DNA from: a virus
Virus record (IMG/VR): IMGVR_UViG_3300027782_000054
Span: 31,175 to 95,174 of that record
DNA: 64,000 nucleotides
Direction: 5' to 3' (one strand)
The notes under the pieces are model-generated. The model was not told the DNA's origin, did not search any database, and saw only the letters and a program-made list of their open reading frames with translations. Below are positions 1 through 14,966 of the stretch, in pieces. The stretch's first letter is position 1; the number at the start of each line of letters is the position of its first letter. The position numbers were made by a program, and so were the translations under genes.

Positions 1-903
1 AATCCAAATCTCTTGAGTGGTGGTAACGCATCTACGCCTTACGCATCATCTGCTCTACAGGCTGAATTCTTGAATCAGATGCTTCGCACCTATCAGAATT
101 TCCTCAAGAAGCATTACAAAGAACGCGCACTTATTGTTGCTGAAGCTCAAGGTCATTATGCATATGAGAAGCGTGGAGATACTCGCGTACCGATCATGGA
201 AGAAGTTCTTATCTATGATGAGGAAGGTAATCAGCGCATTGAAAGACGCAAGAAGCTTATGATCCCTGAGATGAGAATGAAAACTCTTGACCTTCGTGAC
301 GAAGCAACTCAACGTCAGTTCCTCACATCACTTAGACAACAGGGTGTTCCGATCCCAGATCAAGATATTACAATGGGTATGCATTACGACTTCACAGAGT
401 CTCTCAATAAATTCAGCGATGAGACAGTTAAGAAGACTATCGCAACTCAACAGGCTAAGGTTCGTGCCTACAATATCCTTGTCGCTATGAATCTACCTGT
501 CCCACCAGACCTCCTTGCAGAAATGCAGGTTGCTGGACTTGCCCCTGCCGGTCAGCAAGGCGTCCCAGGAAGTCCTCCACAAGGACCACCAGCAGGACAG
601 CAACCCGGTGGTGCCGGAGGTGCCGCAGGTGGGCCAGGAGGTCCTCCTGCAGGTGGAGGCGGTGGAGGCATCCCTATGCCCCCAGTTCCTACAGACCTAG
701 GTGGATACAATCCTGAACGTGGCAACGTGCCTGAGCAGTCTACTGAGAGGCTCCCAGGGCCAGGAGGAACTAATGCTCCTGCTGCACCGAAGGCTGCTTC
801 CTACAAAACATCTAACTTTGACCTACCAAGAGCTAAGTCTATTCCTAAAATTGAGTTCCTCCATACGTGGCAACTTGATGATGAAGAAGACTTGACAGAC
901 TAG
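1..903 (+). CDS. C-terminal part of a probable portal protein (5'-truncated by the window edge), with Gly/Pro-rich tail
   Basis: Frame is open from base 1. The YASSALQAEFLNQMLRTYQ...LRDEATQRQFL segment resembles, from memory, portal proteins of large actinobacterial myoviruses. Confidence 0.45.
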   Translation, partial: NPNLLSGGNASTPYASSALQAEFLNQMLRTYQNFLKKHYKERALIVAEAQGHYAYEKRGDTRVPIMEEVLIYDEEGNQRIERRKKLMIPEMRMKTLDLRDEATQRQFLTSLRQQGVPIPDQDITMGMHYDFTESLNKFSDETVKKTIATQQAKVRAYNILVAMNLPVPPDLLAEMQVAGLAPAGQQGVPGSPPQGPPAGQQPGGAGGAAGGPGGPPAGGGGGGIPMPPVPTDLGGYNPERGNVPEQSTERLPGPGGTNAPAAPKAASYKTSNFDLPRAKSIPKIEFLHTWQLDDEEDLTD

Positions 904-920
904 CTAATCTACGCTAGTAT
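892..920 (+). promoter_or_regulatory. sigma70-type promoter TTGACA-N17-TAGTAT giving a leaderless start at GTG 928
   Basis: Consensus -35, 17-bp spacer, start codon 7 nt after the -10 box. Confidence 0.6.
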
Positions 921-927
921 TCCTGTT

Positions 928-1359
928 GTGTTAGAACAGAAGCAGCTATCTCTATTTGGTGATAAGCCAAAGTATAGAATCGTATCCACTGCTGAAAAAC
1001 GCAGTCTACTTGAAGAGGCAGGAGAGTCTTGGCCTGTCTGCGATTGTTGCGGAATAGAAAAGCAATGGAACGCACAAGCTTATAAAAAAGCTGGAGGTTC
1101 TTGGGCATTACGTTGCTCAGTATTAGCCTTGGTTCATAGAAATGCAAAAACCCCTGGCACTTATCGTTATAATACAGGTCATGGTATAGGTGAACCTGGG
1201 GCGAAGGCAAGGGCAAAAAAAAGAAGACTGTCCAATACTCCTGGCACTTATGCGTACAATCAAAGAATAAAGGTTATAGATCAAAGAATGCAGAAATACA
1301 TAGATGGTACTCCTGAAAATATTGAATATCTAGAAAGGGTTAAATCAACATGGATCTAA
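928..1359 (+). CDS. Hypothetical Cys-containing basic protein with internal TPGTYxYN repeat
   Basis: 143-aa ORF behind a promoter; CDCC...C motif; CCTGGCACTTAT occurs twice. Confidence 0.6.
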   Translation: MLEQKQLSLFGDKPKYRIVSTAEKRSLLEEAGESWPVCDCCGIEKQWNAQAYKKAGGSWALRCSVLALVHRNAKTPGTYRYNTGHGIGEPGAKARAKKRRLSNTPGTYAYNQRIKVIDQRMQKYIDGTPENIEYLERVKSTWI

Positions 1360-1571
1360 AAAGTAAAATTACTATTGATGATGATCTTCACAGAGCAAAG
1401 CTAAAGCAGAGTCATGCTTTACGCGCAATCTTCAACTACAATGTTGGTATGCAGCGCATTGACCATCATTTTGATGTAATTAGACCTGCTCTTGCACAAA
1501 TTGATAAGAATGCTATTAAGGGTGAAGTTCCTGTGTTTGAGTTACTGGAAATCAATGCAAATCAAGGCTAG
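1350..1571 (+). CDS. Hypothetical protein
   Basis: 73-aa ORF overlapping both neighbours in operon fashion. Confidence 0.6.
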   Translation: MDLKSKITIDDDLHRAKLKQSHALRAIFNYNVGMQRIDHHFDVIRPALAQIDKNAIKGEVPVFELLEINANQG

Positions 1572-2148
1572 TAATAAAAAGCTCAAGATCCTAGACTTTG
1601 ATCTAGAAAATAGACCAATCAGTTATGCAGGTAATGACTTCACATTTTCTGATGTTACTGCTATAGCTGCATCATTTGTTGGCTCTAGAGAAGTCAAGGT
1701 ATGGGCTATCCCAGAAGTATCTTATGAAGAGATGCTTGCTGAGTTTAAGATCATGTATGATAAGGCTGACATGGTTACTGGTCATAACATTCGCAAGCAT
1801 GACCTTCCTATCCTTAGAGGAGCAATGCTTGAGTTTGGTATTGGCATTCTTTCGCCCAAGCTCACCTCAGATACTTATCTTGATCTAATTAGCTTCAGTG
1901 GAGTTTCCAAGTCTCAGGAAAACCTATCTGATATGTATGGGCTTCCTGCTTCTAAGTTTCACATGAATCAGAATAGTTGGAGACAGGCTAATAGACTAAC
2001 TGCTGAAGGCATCGCTCTCACTAAGAAGCGTGTCATCTCTGATGTTAAGCAGCACAAGCAACTGCGTAATCGTTTGATCGAAGCTAACGCGCTTCGTGGT
2101 CCTAAGATGTGGACTGGCAAAAGTACATTCACTGTTGGAAATCACTAA
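1555..2148 (+). CDS. DnaQ/RNase H-like 3'-5' exonuclease (RNase_H_2/YprB-like)
   Basis: ExoI LDFDLE, ExoII GHNIRKHDLP, ExoIII DV motif; likely start MQIKAS. Confidence 0.75.
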   Translation: MQIKASNKKLKILDFDLENRPISYAGNDFTFSDVTAIAASFVGSREVKVWAIPEVSYEEMLAEFKIMYDKADMVTGHNIRKHDLPILRGAMLEFGIGILSPKLTSDTYLDLISFSGVSKSQENLSDMYGLPASKFHMNQNSWRQANRLTAEGIALTKKRVISDVKQHKQLRNRLIEANALRGPKMWTGKSTFTVGNH

Positions 2149-2156
2149 GGAGAACT

Positions 2157-2333
2157 ATGGCTAAGACAGACTTTAAACCGGAATATGCTCTCAATCGTTG
2201 CTGGTATCTAGCAGTTTACGATGTTCAAGGTGGACCCGTTCCGCCTCAGGCAATTGAAGATCTTGAGTCCTTTGCAGAACAGATTGCAGAGCAGTACAAT
2301 CTTGTCGTTTCATCTGAAATCGCAACGAGATAG
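2157..2333 (+). CDS. Hypothetical protein
   Basis: AAGGAG Shine-Dalgarno before ATG 2157. Confidence 0.6.
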   Translation: MAKTDFKPEYALNRCWYLAVYDVQGGPVPPQAIEDLESFAEQIAEQYNLVVSSEIATR

Positions 2334-2336
2334 ATT

Positions 2337-2900
2337 ATGCTAATCGGAATGACAGGAGGGCTTAGGGTTGGTAAGGATACAGCCTTTAAGCTTATTCAGG
2401 AAGAGCATCCGAGTGTAAAAAGAATTGCCTTTGCTGATAAAATGAAAGAGTCTGCTGCAGCGATACTAGATATCTCTGTGGCAGAACTCAATCATCTTAA
2501 GTCACATCCTAAGGTTAAGCTGTCTCTATATGATCCTCTCAGCACAGTCTCTGTGTCTCTCTCTATGAGACAGTTTCTTCAGAGATATGGAACAGAGGCT
2601 CATCGTGACATCTTTGGTAATAATTTCTGGGTAGACATTAGTCTACCCAGAGACTTTAGTCATGACAATAATATCGTCATCGTCACAGATGTTCGTTTCG
2701 AAGAAGAAATCAAAAGGATCCATGAACTTGATGGATATATCATAAAGATCTCAAGAGATAATAGGCATAGCGTAGATAGTCATATCTCAGAACAGCAGAT
2801 AGATGATTATGATTTTGCCATCGAAAACAATTCATCTCTTCTTGAATACAAGAAGGGTCTTTTAGATATTATGGGGTTAATTAATGATAATCCAAGTTGA
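2337..2900 (+). CDS. Deoxynucleoside monophosphate kinase
   Basis: IGMTGGLRVGKDT P-loop, FAD.MK, RQFLQRYGTE, IVTDVRFEEE and HISE motifs typical of phage dNMP kinases. Confidence 0.9.
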   Translation: MLIGMTGGLRVGKDTAFKLIQEEHPSVKRIAFADKMKESAAAILDISVAELNHLKSHPKVKLSLYDPLSTVSVSLSMRQFLQRYGTEAHRDIFGNNFWVDISLPRDFSHDNNIVIVTDVRFEEEIKRIHELDGYIIKISRDNRHSVDSHISEQQIDDYDFAIENNSSLLEYKKGLLDIMGLINDNPS

Positions 2901-3489
2901 TATTGACTCTACACTCTATGATGCCGACCCTCTCTTTACAGAACTAGCAAGAGAGGCTGGCATTGATTATCCAGAACATGCATATAGATGGATGTCATAT
3001 AGTGATATTAAAAAGCTAGATGGATCTCCTGTAACACTACAGGAGATGAAGTCTGTTTTTAGGAAGGCTCATTCTGCTGAGTATATTAATAAGCAAGTTC
3101 CTTATGAAAATGCAGCGGCAGTTCTTAATTACATTAAGCGTGTACATGATAATGTAGATATTATCTATGTGTCAGATAGACATCAACAATCTAATGGCTC
3201 TCTTCGTCAATGGCTCATTGAGCATAATTTTATCAAGTTCAATGATGAGAATGTAGCTACTACAAAAGATAAACGTCATTGGATGAGGACAAACAAGCCA
3301 GAGGTTGTCATTGATGATCGTGTACGCACGATCCTTGTGGCAAGATATGAGTTAAATTCAAAGGTAATCGTTCCAAAGCATAATCATAATGTAAATCTCT
3401 TTGGAGAAGCTGAAGGTATTTATGTAGAAGATGATTGGAACCATATTGGCACCAGACTTGACAAACTAGTAAGTTTGTATCTAAAATAA
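2884..3489 (+). CDS. HAD-family 5'(3')-deoxyribonucleotidase-like protein
   Basis: N-terminal VDIDSTLYD (DxD) motif and VVIDDR motif. Confidence 0.75.
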   Translation: MIIQVDIDSTLYDADPLFTELAREAGIDYPEHAYRWMSYSDIKKLDGSPVTLQEMKSVFRKAHSAEYINKQVPYENAAAVLNYIKRVHDNVDIIYVSDRHQQSNGSLRQWLIEHNFIKFNDENVATTKDKRHWMRTNKPEVVIDDRVRTILVARYELNSKVIVPKHNHNVNLFGEAEGIYVEDDWNHIGTRLDKLVSLYLK

Positions 3490-3505
3490 TTATAAGGAGA
3501 ATAGA

Positions 3506-3799
3506 ATGACTGAAAACGAACAAACAACTCAAGATGATCCTCACGGTCCATCAATAGGGATTTACCCATCTATGCATGGTATTGTCCTAGATGTGTCTGA
3601 TGGCACAGAGACTAAGCAGCAAATTCTTCTTAGCCCGGATGATGCGTCTAAGATTGCTATCAATCTTATTACCAACATCGTATTATTCCAGATGAATACT
3701 GCAATGAGAGCAGCCTCAGAGAACATAGAGGTCGAGAGAATGCGTCAGCTTATTACTCAGGGCGTACAAGGAGTACCCAGTGTTCCAAATATTTCGTAA
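3506..3799 (+). CDS. Hypothetical protein
   Basis: 97-aa ORF with AAGGAG SD and an upstream TTGACA. Confidence 0.6.
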   Translation: MTENEQTTQDDPHGPSIGIYPSMHGIVLDVSDGTETKQQILLSPDDASKIAINLITNIVLFQMNTAMRAASENIEVERMRQLITQGVQGVPSVPNIS

Positions 3800-4022
3800 A
3801 AATAAACCGACTGTCACTGAGATCATCGCACTTCAAAACATTGGCATCATCGGGACTATCGAAACTCGTTCATGGCTAGCTCATGAATTCAAAGGTTTCC
3901 GCAATGCCCGTAGAGAAGATGTAGATGGTATGATTGAAAATTATGCTTCTGCTGCAACTCAAGAGCCAGAAGGTAAGTTCAACGATTTTGGCTTTAAGGA
4001 TGATGAGGACTACGATGATTAA
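3780..4022 (+). CDS. Hypothetical protein
   Basis: 80-aa ORF with AAGGAG SD. Confidence 0.55.
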   Translation: MFQIFRKNKPTVTEIIALQNIGIIGTIETRSWLAHEFKGFRNARREDVDGMIENYASAATQEPEGKFNDFGFKDDEDYDD

Positions 4023-4024
4023 CA

Positions 4025-4198
4025 ATGACAAAGGCTAAGAAACCAATTAAAATTTATTTTAAATACTCTTTCTCTCCATGGTCACTATATGATCAGACTA
4101 GAGATGAGTCCTGGGCGGATGTTCAATTTGAGAGAATGAAGCAAGATCACCCAGGTGCAGAATATAAAAGAGAACCGGAGGCAAAAGAAAAGAAATGA
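4025..4198 (+). CDS. Small hypothetical protein (57 aa, not in ORF track)
   Basis: Manual translation MTKAKKPIKIYFKY...KEKK*; fills the gap and couples by ATGA to the next ORF. Confidence 0.55.
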   Translation: MTKAKKPIKIYFKYSFSPWSLYDQTRDESWADVQFERMKQDHPGAEYKREPEAKEKK

Positions 4199-4365
4199 CA
4201 TATGGAAGTAATATACTGCCATCCAAGTTTGGTCGTGGAAAAGATGATCCCCAGGAATGGACTTGCATCTGCGATAAACATAATAGAAGATGGCACAAGA
4301 AGTGTCAGGTCTGTGGTATTGACAAGGATCTAGCTAAGAAAGCGATTCATGAATCTAAGCAGTAA
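4195..4365 (+). CDS. Small RanBP2-like zinc-finger protein (56 aa, not in ORF track)
   Basis: Manual translation contains WTCICDKHNRRWHKKCQVCG. Confidence 0.6.
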   Translation: MTYGSNILPSKFGRGKDDPQEWTCICDKHNRRWHKKCQVCGIDKDLAKKAIHESKQ

Positions 4366-5353
4366 ACTTGGGTTAGGTCTGACCTATGGAGATGTTCTTC
4401 TTGTCCCTAAATTAGGGATTGTCTCATCTAGAACAGAAGTTAATACAGATACTTTCCTAACAGAGAGTATTAAGATGACGGTTCCAATCGTTGCAGCGCC
4501 AATGTCTTCTGTTACTAATGCTAAAGTAGCTAGGTCAATTTCTATGATGGGCGGTAGCGCTTTCATCCATAGAAATCAGGCAGTAATGTATCAGGTAAAC
4601 GAATGGAGTGATTCAAGAGCTAATAACACCAATTCAGGTAATGTAGGATGCGCTGTAGGTATCACTGAAATGGTGGGAGATAGGCTCATCCATCTTTATA
4701 AATATGGCTGTAGATTATTCTGTTTAGATATTGCCCATGCTCATTCAGTTTATGCTGAAAAATGGCTTAGTAGTATCCCCGGCTACATCATGGATGAGTC
4801 TGAGTTTATTTTTGGGTCAATTGCTACAGGAGAGGCTGTAGACTGGTATAAGCAAAGGTTTAACCCTGCTGGCTTCCGTGTTGGTATCGGGCCGGGAGCG
4901 GCCTGTACAACGCGGGAGAAGACTGGTCATGGAGTACCCCAGCTAACCGCTGTCTCTGAATGTGTTCATGCTGCTGATGGTATTCCAGTTATTGCTGATG
5001 GTGGAATTAACACATCAGGAGATATCGTCAAAGCACTTGCGGTTGGCGCATCTTCTGTTATGCTTGGTAGGCTCCTAGCAGGAGCAGAAGAATCACCTCA
5101 TCCAGGTCATTATTATGGGATGGCAAGTGATAGAGCTAAGAAAGAATTGGGCTACACTTCTGAATTTACAGAAGGTGTAGAAGCAGAGGTTCCAGTACAT
5201 GGAACTATTGAGAGTATTGTTAATTCACTTATGTCTGGAATAAAATCTGGCATTAGTTATTCTGGTGGTAAAGATATTCGTGGTCTTCAAAAAAACTATG
5301 AATTTATTAAGGTATCTCCTGCCACTGAAAAAGAGAGTAATGTTAGAGTATGA
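4349..5353 (+). CDS. guaB: IMP dehydrogenase/GMP reductase family protein (no CBS domain)
   Basis: [21 protein letters not shown], catalytic [25 protein letters not shown] and YYGMAS motifs. Confidence 0.9.
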   Translation: MNLSSKLGLGLTYGDVLLVPKLGIVSSRTEVNTDTFLTESIKMTVPIVAAPMSSVTNAKVARSISMMGGSAFIHRNQAVMYQVNEWSDSRANNTNSGNVGCAVGITEMVGDRLIHLYKYGCRLFCLDIAHAHSVYAEKWLSSIPGYIMDESEFIFGSIATGEAVDWYKQRFNPAGFRVGIGPGAACTTREKTGHGVPQLTAVSECVHAADGIPVIADGGINTSGDIVKALAVGASSVMLGRLLAGAEESPHPGHYYGMASDRAKKELGYTSEFTEGVEAEVPVHGTIESIVNSLMSGIKSGISYSGGKDIRGLQKNYEFIKVSPATEKESNVRV

Positions 5354-5386
5354 ATCTATTCGTAACTAAATATATAATGGAGAACT

Positions 5387-5605
5387 ATGGCTGATGTATA
5401 TGAAATTTGTTTAAATTGTCGTGAAGATGATTGCGATTTATGTGAAGACTCCTGGGTAAGCCCAAATGGTGATGAGTATTTTTGCATTTGTGATTGCAAT
5501 AAATCAGATGACGATGGTATTCTAATCGATGTTCAATCAGATACTTGGAATAAATATCGTGATGCATATGAAGATCTAGATGACGATAAATATTACGATT
5601 CATGA
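5387..5605 (+). CDS. Small acidic Cys-rich protein
   Basis: GGAG SD; CxxC...CxxC...CxCxC. Confidence 0.55.
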   Translation: MADVYEICLNCREDDCDLCEDSWVSPNGDEYFCICDCNKSDDDGILIDVQSDTWNKYRDAYEDLDDDKYYDS

Positions 5606-6219
5606 TTAATACAGTAGAACTCATCGGAACATATGGTGATGACTTTACGATTGCTCAGTCAGCATGGACTAGTACTAGCCGTGACTTGTCTGAGGAACGT
5701 AAGAACAGGGTGGGTGGCCTTCTCAGTATGCTTGCTAGGGAGGGCCACCATACTCCCTTTGAGAAGAGTATGCTTCATTTCTATGTTGTGTGCGATACAG
5801 CAAGTCATATTCACTTCCTTAAGCATCGCGTTGGTGTCAGTATTAATGCTGAGTCAGCACGTTACAAGGAATTGAATGATGATAAATTCTACGTTCCTGA
5901 GGATTGGCCCGATCATCTCAAAGCCTTCATGAAGAGAAAGGCTAATTATCTATATGATGACTATCACTATCTCATCAATGAGCTAGAGGAATTGGGGTAC
6001 GATAGGAAGAGAGCTAAAGAGTCTGCTCGTTTTATTCTTCCCTATGCAAATCAGCTAGGTCTTGATGTTAGTTTTAACATGAGGTCATTCATGCATTTTC
6101 AGGGTCTTCGCAATAAACCTGATGCACAAGTTGAAATCCGTGAGATTGCGGATCAAATGCTTCAGCTAGTCAAAGACACAGGAAAGTTTGATCTTACCTT
6201 AAAAGCTTTTGAATATTAG
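5602..6219 (+). CDS. thyX: FAD-dependent thymidylate synthase
   Basis: HHTPFE, KHR..SINAESARY, ESARFILP and LR..DAQVEIR motifs. Confidence 0.95.
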   Translation: MINTVELIGTYGDDFTIAQSAWTSTSRDLSEERKNRVGGLLSMLAREGHHTPFEKSMLHFYVVCDTASHIHFLKHRVGVSINAESARYKELNDDKFYVPEDWPDHLKAFMKRKANYLYDDYHYLINELEELGYDRKRAKESARFILPYANQLGLDVSFNMRSFMHFQGLRNKPDAQVEIREIADQMLQLVKDTGKFDLTLKAFEY

Positions 6220-6242
6220 CTTTCTATGGTATAATATATACC

Positions 6243-6437
6243 ATGGGACGTAGAGTACAATTTGCTTATCCACCTTGCCAAGTGGATCCGTCTACGGAAA
6301 AACCATATCCAAGGCATGATTGGGAGATAATTAAGGACACTCTCATTAAGAAAACTTTTAATGATGAGTCTATTTATTACTACAAGGTTCGTTGTAGGCG
6401 TTGTGGTATCAATGATCCTAATCCACCTCTACACTAG
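6243..6437 (+). CDS. Small zinc-binding hypothetical protein
   Basis: Leaderless start after TGGTATAAT; C...HDW...CRRCG. Confidence 0.55.
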   Translation: MGRRVQFAYPPCQVDPSTEKPYPRHDWEIIKDTLIKKTFNDESIYYYKVRCRRCGINDPNPPLH

Positions 6438-6439
6438 AC

Positions 6440-6467
6440 TTGACAATCACTTCAAGAAGGGTACAAT
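6440..6467 (+). promoter_or_regulatory. sigma70-type promoter TTGACA-N16-TACAAT, leaderless to ATG 6474
   Basis: Near-consensus boxes. Confidence 0.65.
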
Positions 6468-6473
6468 GTAGGT

Positions 6474-6674
6474 ATGTCAAAGATATTCTCTAGCGGAATT
6501 ATGGTCCGCTGCTCAGATAGCCCGTGTCATCACACGATGATGTACTACGATCCGCTCAAGAAGAGTACGAACACTGATCCTCCGTGGCAGTGTGATCTTT
6601 GTAATAGTGGCCGTGGTCCGTTTATTCCTAAGGATGCCCGTGTAGGTCAGCAGAAACAGAGTAAGGGTAAGTAG
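6474..6674 (+). CDS. Small zinc-binding hypothetical protein
   Basis: CSDSPC...WQCDLC; lies behind a promoter. Confidence 0.55.
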   Translation: MSKIFSSGIMVRCSDSPCHHTMMYYDPLKKSTNTDPPWQCDLCNSGRGPFIPKDARVGQQKQSKGK

Positions 6675-6835
6675 TGATAATCGTTATCCTGATTGCCTTA
6701 TTTAACTTTATTGCTTATATATTAAGTCTATCAGGTAAAAATATTGAGGCCGCTGGTATTAATGGCTCTTTGATATTATTTTATACATTTTTACTATGGA
6801 GCCACTACAAAGAGAAATTCGCTAAGAAAAAGTAA
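6674..6835 (+). CDS. Small two-TM membrane protein (53 aa, not in ORF track)
   Basis: GTG coupled to the previous stop; two hydrophobic stretches and a basic C-terminus. Confidence 0.45.
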   Translation: MIIVILIALFNFIAYILSLSGKNIEAAGINGSLILFYTFLLWSHYKEKFAKKK

Positions 6836-6909
6836 TGATAATGTGTCTACGTCCCCTTTATTCTTTGGAAGAACTGTTTTAGAATTATAGAGAATTGGAG
6901 TTATAAAAT

Positions 6910-7296
6910 ATGATTCGTAGACATGGACAGCCCGACGGATTTTGGGGCGTAGGTACAACTCAGGAAGTGACTGGCGCTAGTGGTGCTTCACGCGCCGTCC
7001 AGCTTGGTCAAGCTGTTAGCCAGTTTATTGTCTATTTAGACGTTTCTGGTGCTACAGTGATTACCATTCAAGCTGCTCATTCAGGAGAACCTGATGTAGA
7101 TGGTACAGGTCAACAGCCGCCGGATCTTTCTACTTATAAAGATCTTTATTGGATAGCTGATCCAATGACTATTACCTTCGTTGGCAGTGGTTCCAGGGCA
7201 GTAATTGTCCCTGACTTTACTCCAGGTTGGGTAAGACTCACAAGTTCAAACAGCGTTAGCTGTCTCGCCGGTTGGGAAGTCTCAGCGGGAGACTGA
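6910..7296 (+). CDS. Probable virion structural protein (beta-rich)
   Basis: G/S/T/V-rich; first gene of the structural block. Confidence 0.5.
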   Translation: MIRRHGQPDGFWGVGTTQEVTGASGASRAVQLGQAVSQFIVYLDVSGATVITIQAAHSGEPDVDGTGQQPPDLSTYKDLYWIADPMTITFVGSGSRAVIVPDFTPGWVRLTSSNSVSCLAGWEVSAGD

Positions 7297-7308
7297 AAGG
7301 GATAAATT

Positions 7309-7860
7309 ATGGCAACATGGGCAGTTTACGGAGCTTTACAAAGCAGTGGTACTTTACAGTTAAATGCGACAGATCATATCTGGCTTACTGGCACATCATT
7401 TAGTAATAATGTTGTTGCTGGTACGTATCAGGATGGTACGCATATTTCAGATTCAAATGATGTTCAAAGAGACACAGCTTCGCCTATAAATAATGTGAAG
7501 TATGTTACATCAAGCACGGCATCACTTAATGGTGCATCTGCTGTTGCTCTTAGCTCTATATCACAAACGTACGTTTCATTTAAGTTTGTTTTTTCAGACG
7601 TAGGTTCTGTTGCAACCTCTGCTGCTAAATTCTATGCTTATGATGGAGTAACAGATACCACCGCCCTTATTGGAATTGATTTCCAGGCAGCAGAACAAGG
7701 AAACTCAACTTGGACTGCTGCAAATGGTTCTGGTTCTGCGTTAAGCCTTGCTAATCAAGGCGCAAGTACAACACACAACTTCTATGTTATTCTATCTGCT
7801 TCACCAACATCTCCTGGTGCTAAATCAGGATCTGTTAAATTAACAATTACCTATTCGTGA
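7309..7860 (+). CDS. Probable virion structural protein
   Basis: S/T/A/G-rich beta-type sequence ending in KLTITYS. Confidence 0.55.
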   Translation: MATWAVYGALQSSGTLQLNATDHIWLTGTSFSNNVVAGTYQDGTHISDSNDVQRDTASPINNVKYVTSSTASLNGASAVALSSISQTYVSFKFVFSDVGSVATSAAKFYAYDGVTDTTALIGIDFQAAEQGNSTWTAANGSGSALSLANQGASTTHNFYVILSASPTSPGAKSGSVKLTITYS

Positions 7861-7895
7861 TAGGTATGCAGTAAAAACTGAATGTTGTCTTCATA

Positions 7896-7930
7896 GGGAA
7901 AACCGTCAATTTTGACGGTTTTTCTCTTTT
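7896..7930 (+). terminator. Rho-independent terminator
   Basis: AAAACCGTCAA-TT-TTGACGGTTTT hairpin followed by a T-rich tract. Confidence 0.75.
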
Positions 7931-7946
7931 ATGCTATAATTTTTCT

Positions 7947-8363
7947 ATGATTAAATGGGTAGCTACACTAAGTAATGGAGAAATTGCTACTGAGGGTGAA
8001 GAACCCTGGTCAGTAATTCCCGAAGAAAGACTTCCTTGGCCTCGTCTTTGCAAGTATCTACAAGAAAATAATCTACATATAGATGATGTAAAGATTTTAG
8101 ATGAAGATAACAATGTAATCTTGACACAAGTTGAAGATGAGTGGAATAGCAAAGGAGAACAACCTCTATATTACTCTATTCAATATGATGTAGAATTAGA
8201 CAACATTTTGGGCGGTGGAGTATCAAAGACATTCCTCCATCTCGCCAGTCATTATGATGACCATATTGAGCATTTCTATATAGACTTTGATACTAAAGAA
8301 GTCAGATCAGAAATCACAGAGAAATACAGCCCAATAGTTCCAAGTCCTTCTAGAAAAGAATAA
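7947..8363 (+). CDS. Hypothetical acidic protein
   Basis: Leaderless start after TGCTATAAT (7932-7940); W.A.LSNGE...W.RL..Y pattern seen in phage proteins. Confidence 0.65.
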   Translation: MIKWVATLSNGEIATEGEEPWSVIPEERLPWPRLCKYLQENNLHIDDVKILDEDNNVILTQVEDEWNSKGEQPLYYSIQYDVELDNILGGGVSKTFLHLASHYDDHIEHFYIDFDTKEVRSEITEKYSPIVPSPSRKE

Positions 8364-8387
8364 GGGAGAGGTTTCCCTCTCCCTTAT
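8360..8387. terminator. Bidirectional terminator hairpin between convergent genes
   Basis: Perfect 12-bp inverted repeat ATAAGGGAGAGG-TTTC-CCTCTCCCTTAT. Confidence 0.75.
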
Positions 8388-8416
8388 CACTTCTTAATTT
8401 ACGGTAAAACTTAATC

Positions 8417-8800
8417 TCACGTAAATTCTACGCGCCAAGTGAACTGAATTGAGTCTCCGTCATTGAGGTTGACCTCAAGGAAGTCGGAGTACGCAAACAT
8501 GTCACCTGTAGCATTAGCAGAATCAAGGAATAAACCTGACTCTGTAATGGCATACGAAGCATTAGCAGTAAGAGTAGCAATAACTTGGTACGTGTCACCA
8601 GTAACCGTAGTCGTCTCAATGCTTTCCGTACCGCTAGCCTTGTTCTGAACTTGGTCGTCTAGATCATTACCGCTCTGTAGAACACCGTTACCTATACCGT
8701 AGGCGACATACTTCGGGCCGTTGGTGTAGGTGGCAGGCGTTGTTTGGAGACGGTCAGTAATTACGTTCTTACCTTTATCGGTAGTGTATGGACCAGCCAT
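8417..8800 (-). CDS. Virion protein, tail-fibre/baseplate anchor-like
   Basis: YVAYGIG...ITESGLF...GDMFA..F..VNL..GDSIQFTW pattern typical of fibre-attachment proteins; AAGGAG SD. Confidence 0.65.
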   Translation of the reverse strand: MAGPYTTDKGKNVITDRLQTTPATYTNGPKYVAYGIGNGVLQSGNDLDDQVQNKASGTESIETTTVTGDTYQVIATLTANASYAITESGLFLDSANATGDMFAYSDFLEVNLNDGDSIQFTWRVEFT

Positions 8801-8953
8801 TTATTTCATTCTCCTTACGATTTTTTTTAGAAACGATTCTTTCTTTTCCCAATGAGCAATCATGCCCAGGTTTTCCTTGTCACCATTAGCTCTTGTGATA
8901 ACAGCCTCTAGTTCAAGCTTTTTTACAGGTGCGTTTATTTGTACATTTCCCAT
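8801..8953 (-). CDS. Small hypothetical protein (50 aa, not in ORF track)
   Basis: MGNVQINAPVKKLELEAVITRANGDKENLG...; stop abuts the next ATG; preceded by the TAATAGCTGAT motif. Confidence 0.6.
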   Translation of the reverse strand: MGNVQINAPVKKLELEAVITRANGDKENLGMIAHWEKKESFLKKIVRRMK

Positions 8954-9037
8954 ATCAGCTATTAATTCATAGAATATAATAAAAAGATAGGTACAGTACC
9001 TTCTTAAAAGTAAAAATCTGTTGCATTAATAAATGAT

Positions 9038-14944
<5,907 letters not shown>

Positions 14945-14966
14945 AACAATATGAGGATATTCAATT

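Noticed and set aside
928-1359. Homing endonuclease or intron following the portal-like gene
   Set aside because: No HNH, GIY-YIG or LAGLIDADG motif recognised, and the upstream gene ends normally.
8388-9037. Invertible segment around the minus-strand operon
   Set aside because: No flanking inverted repeats found by eye and no recombinase in the window.
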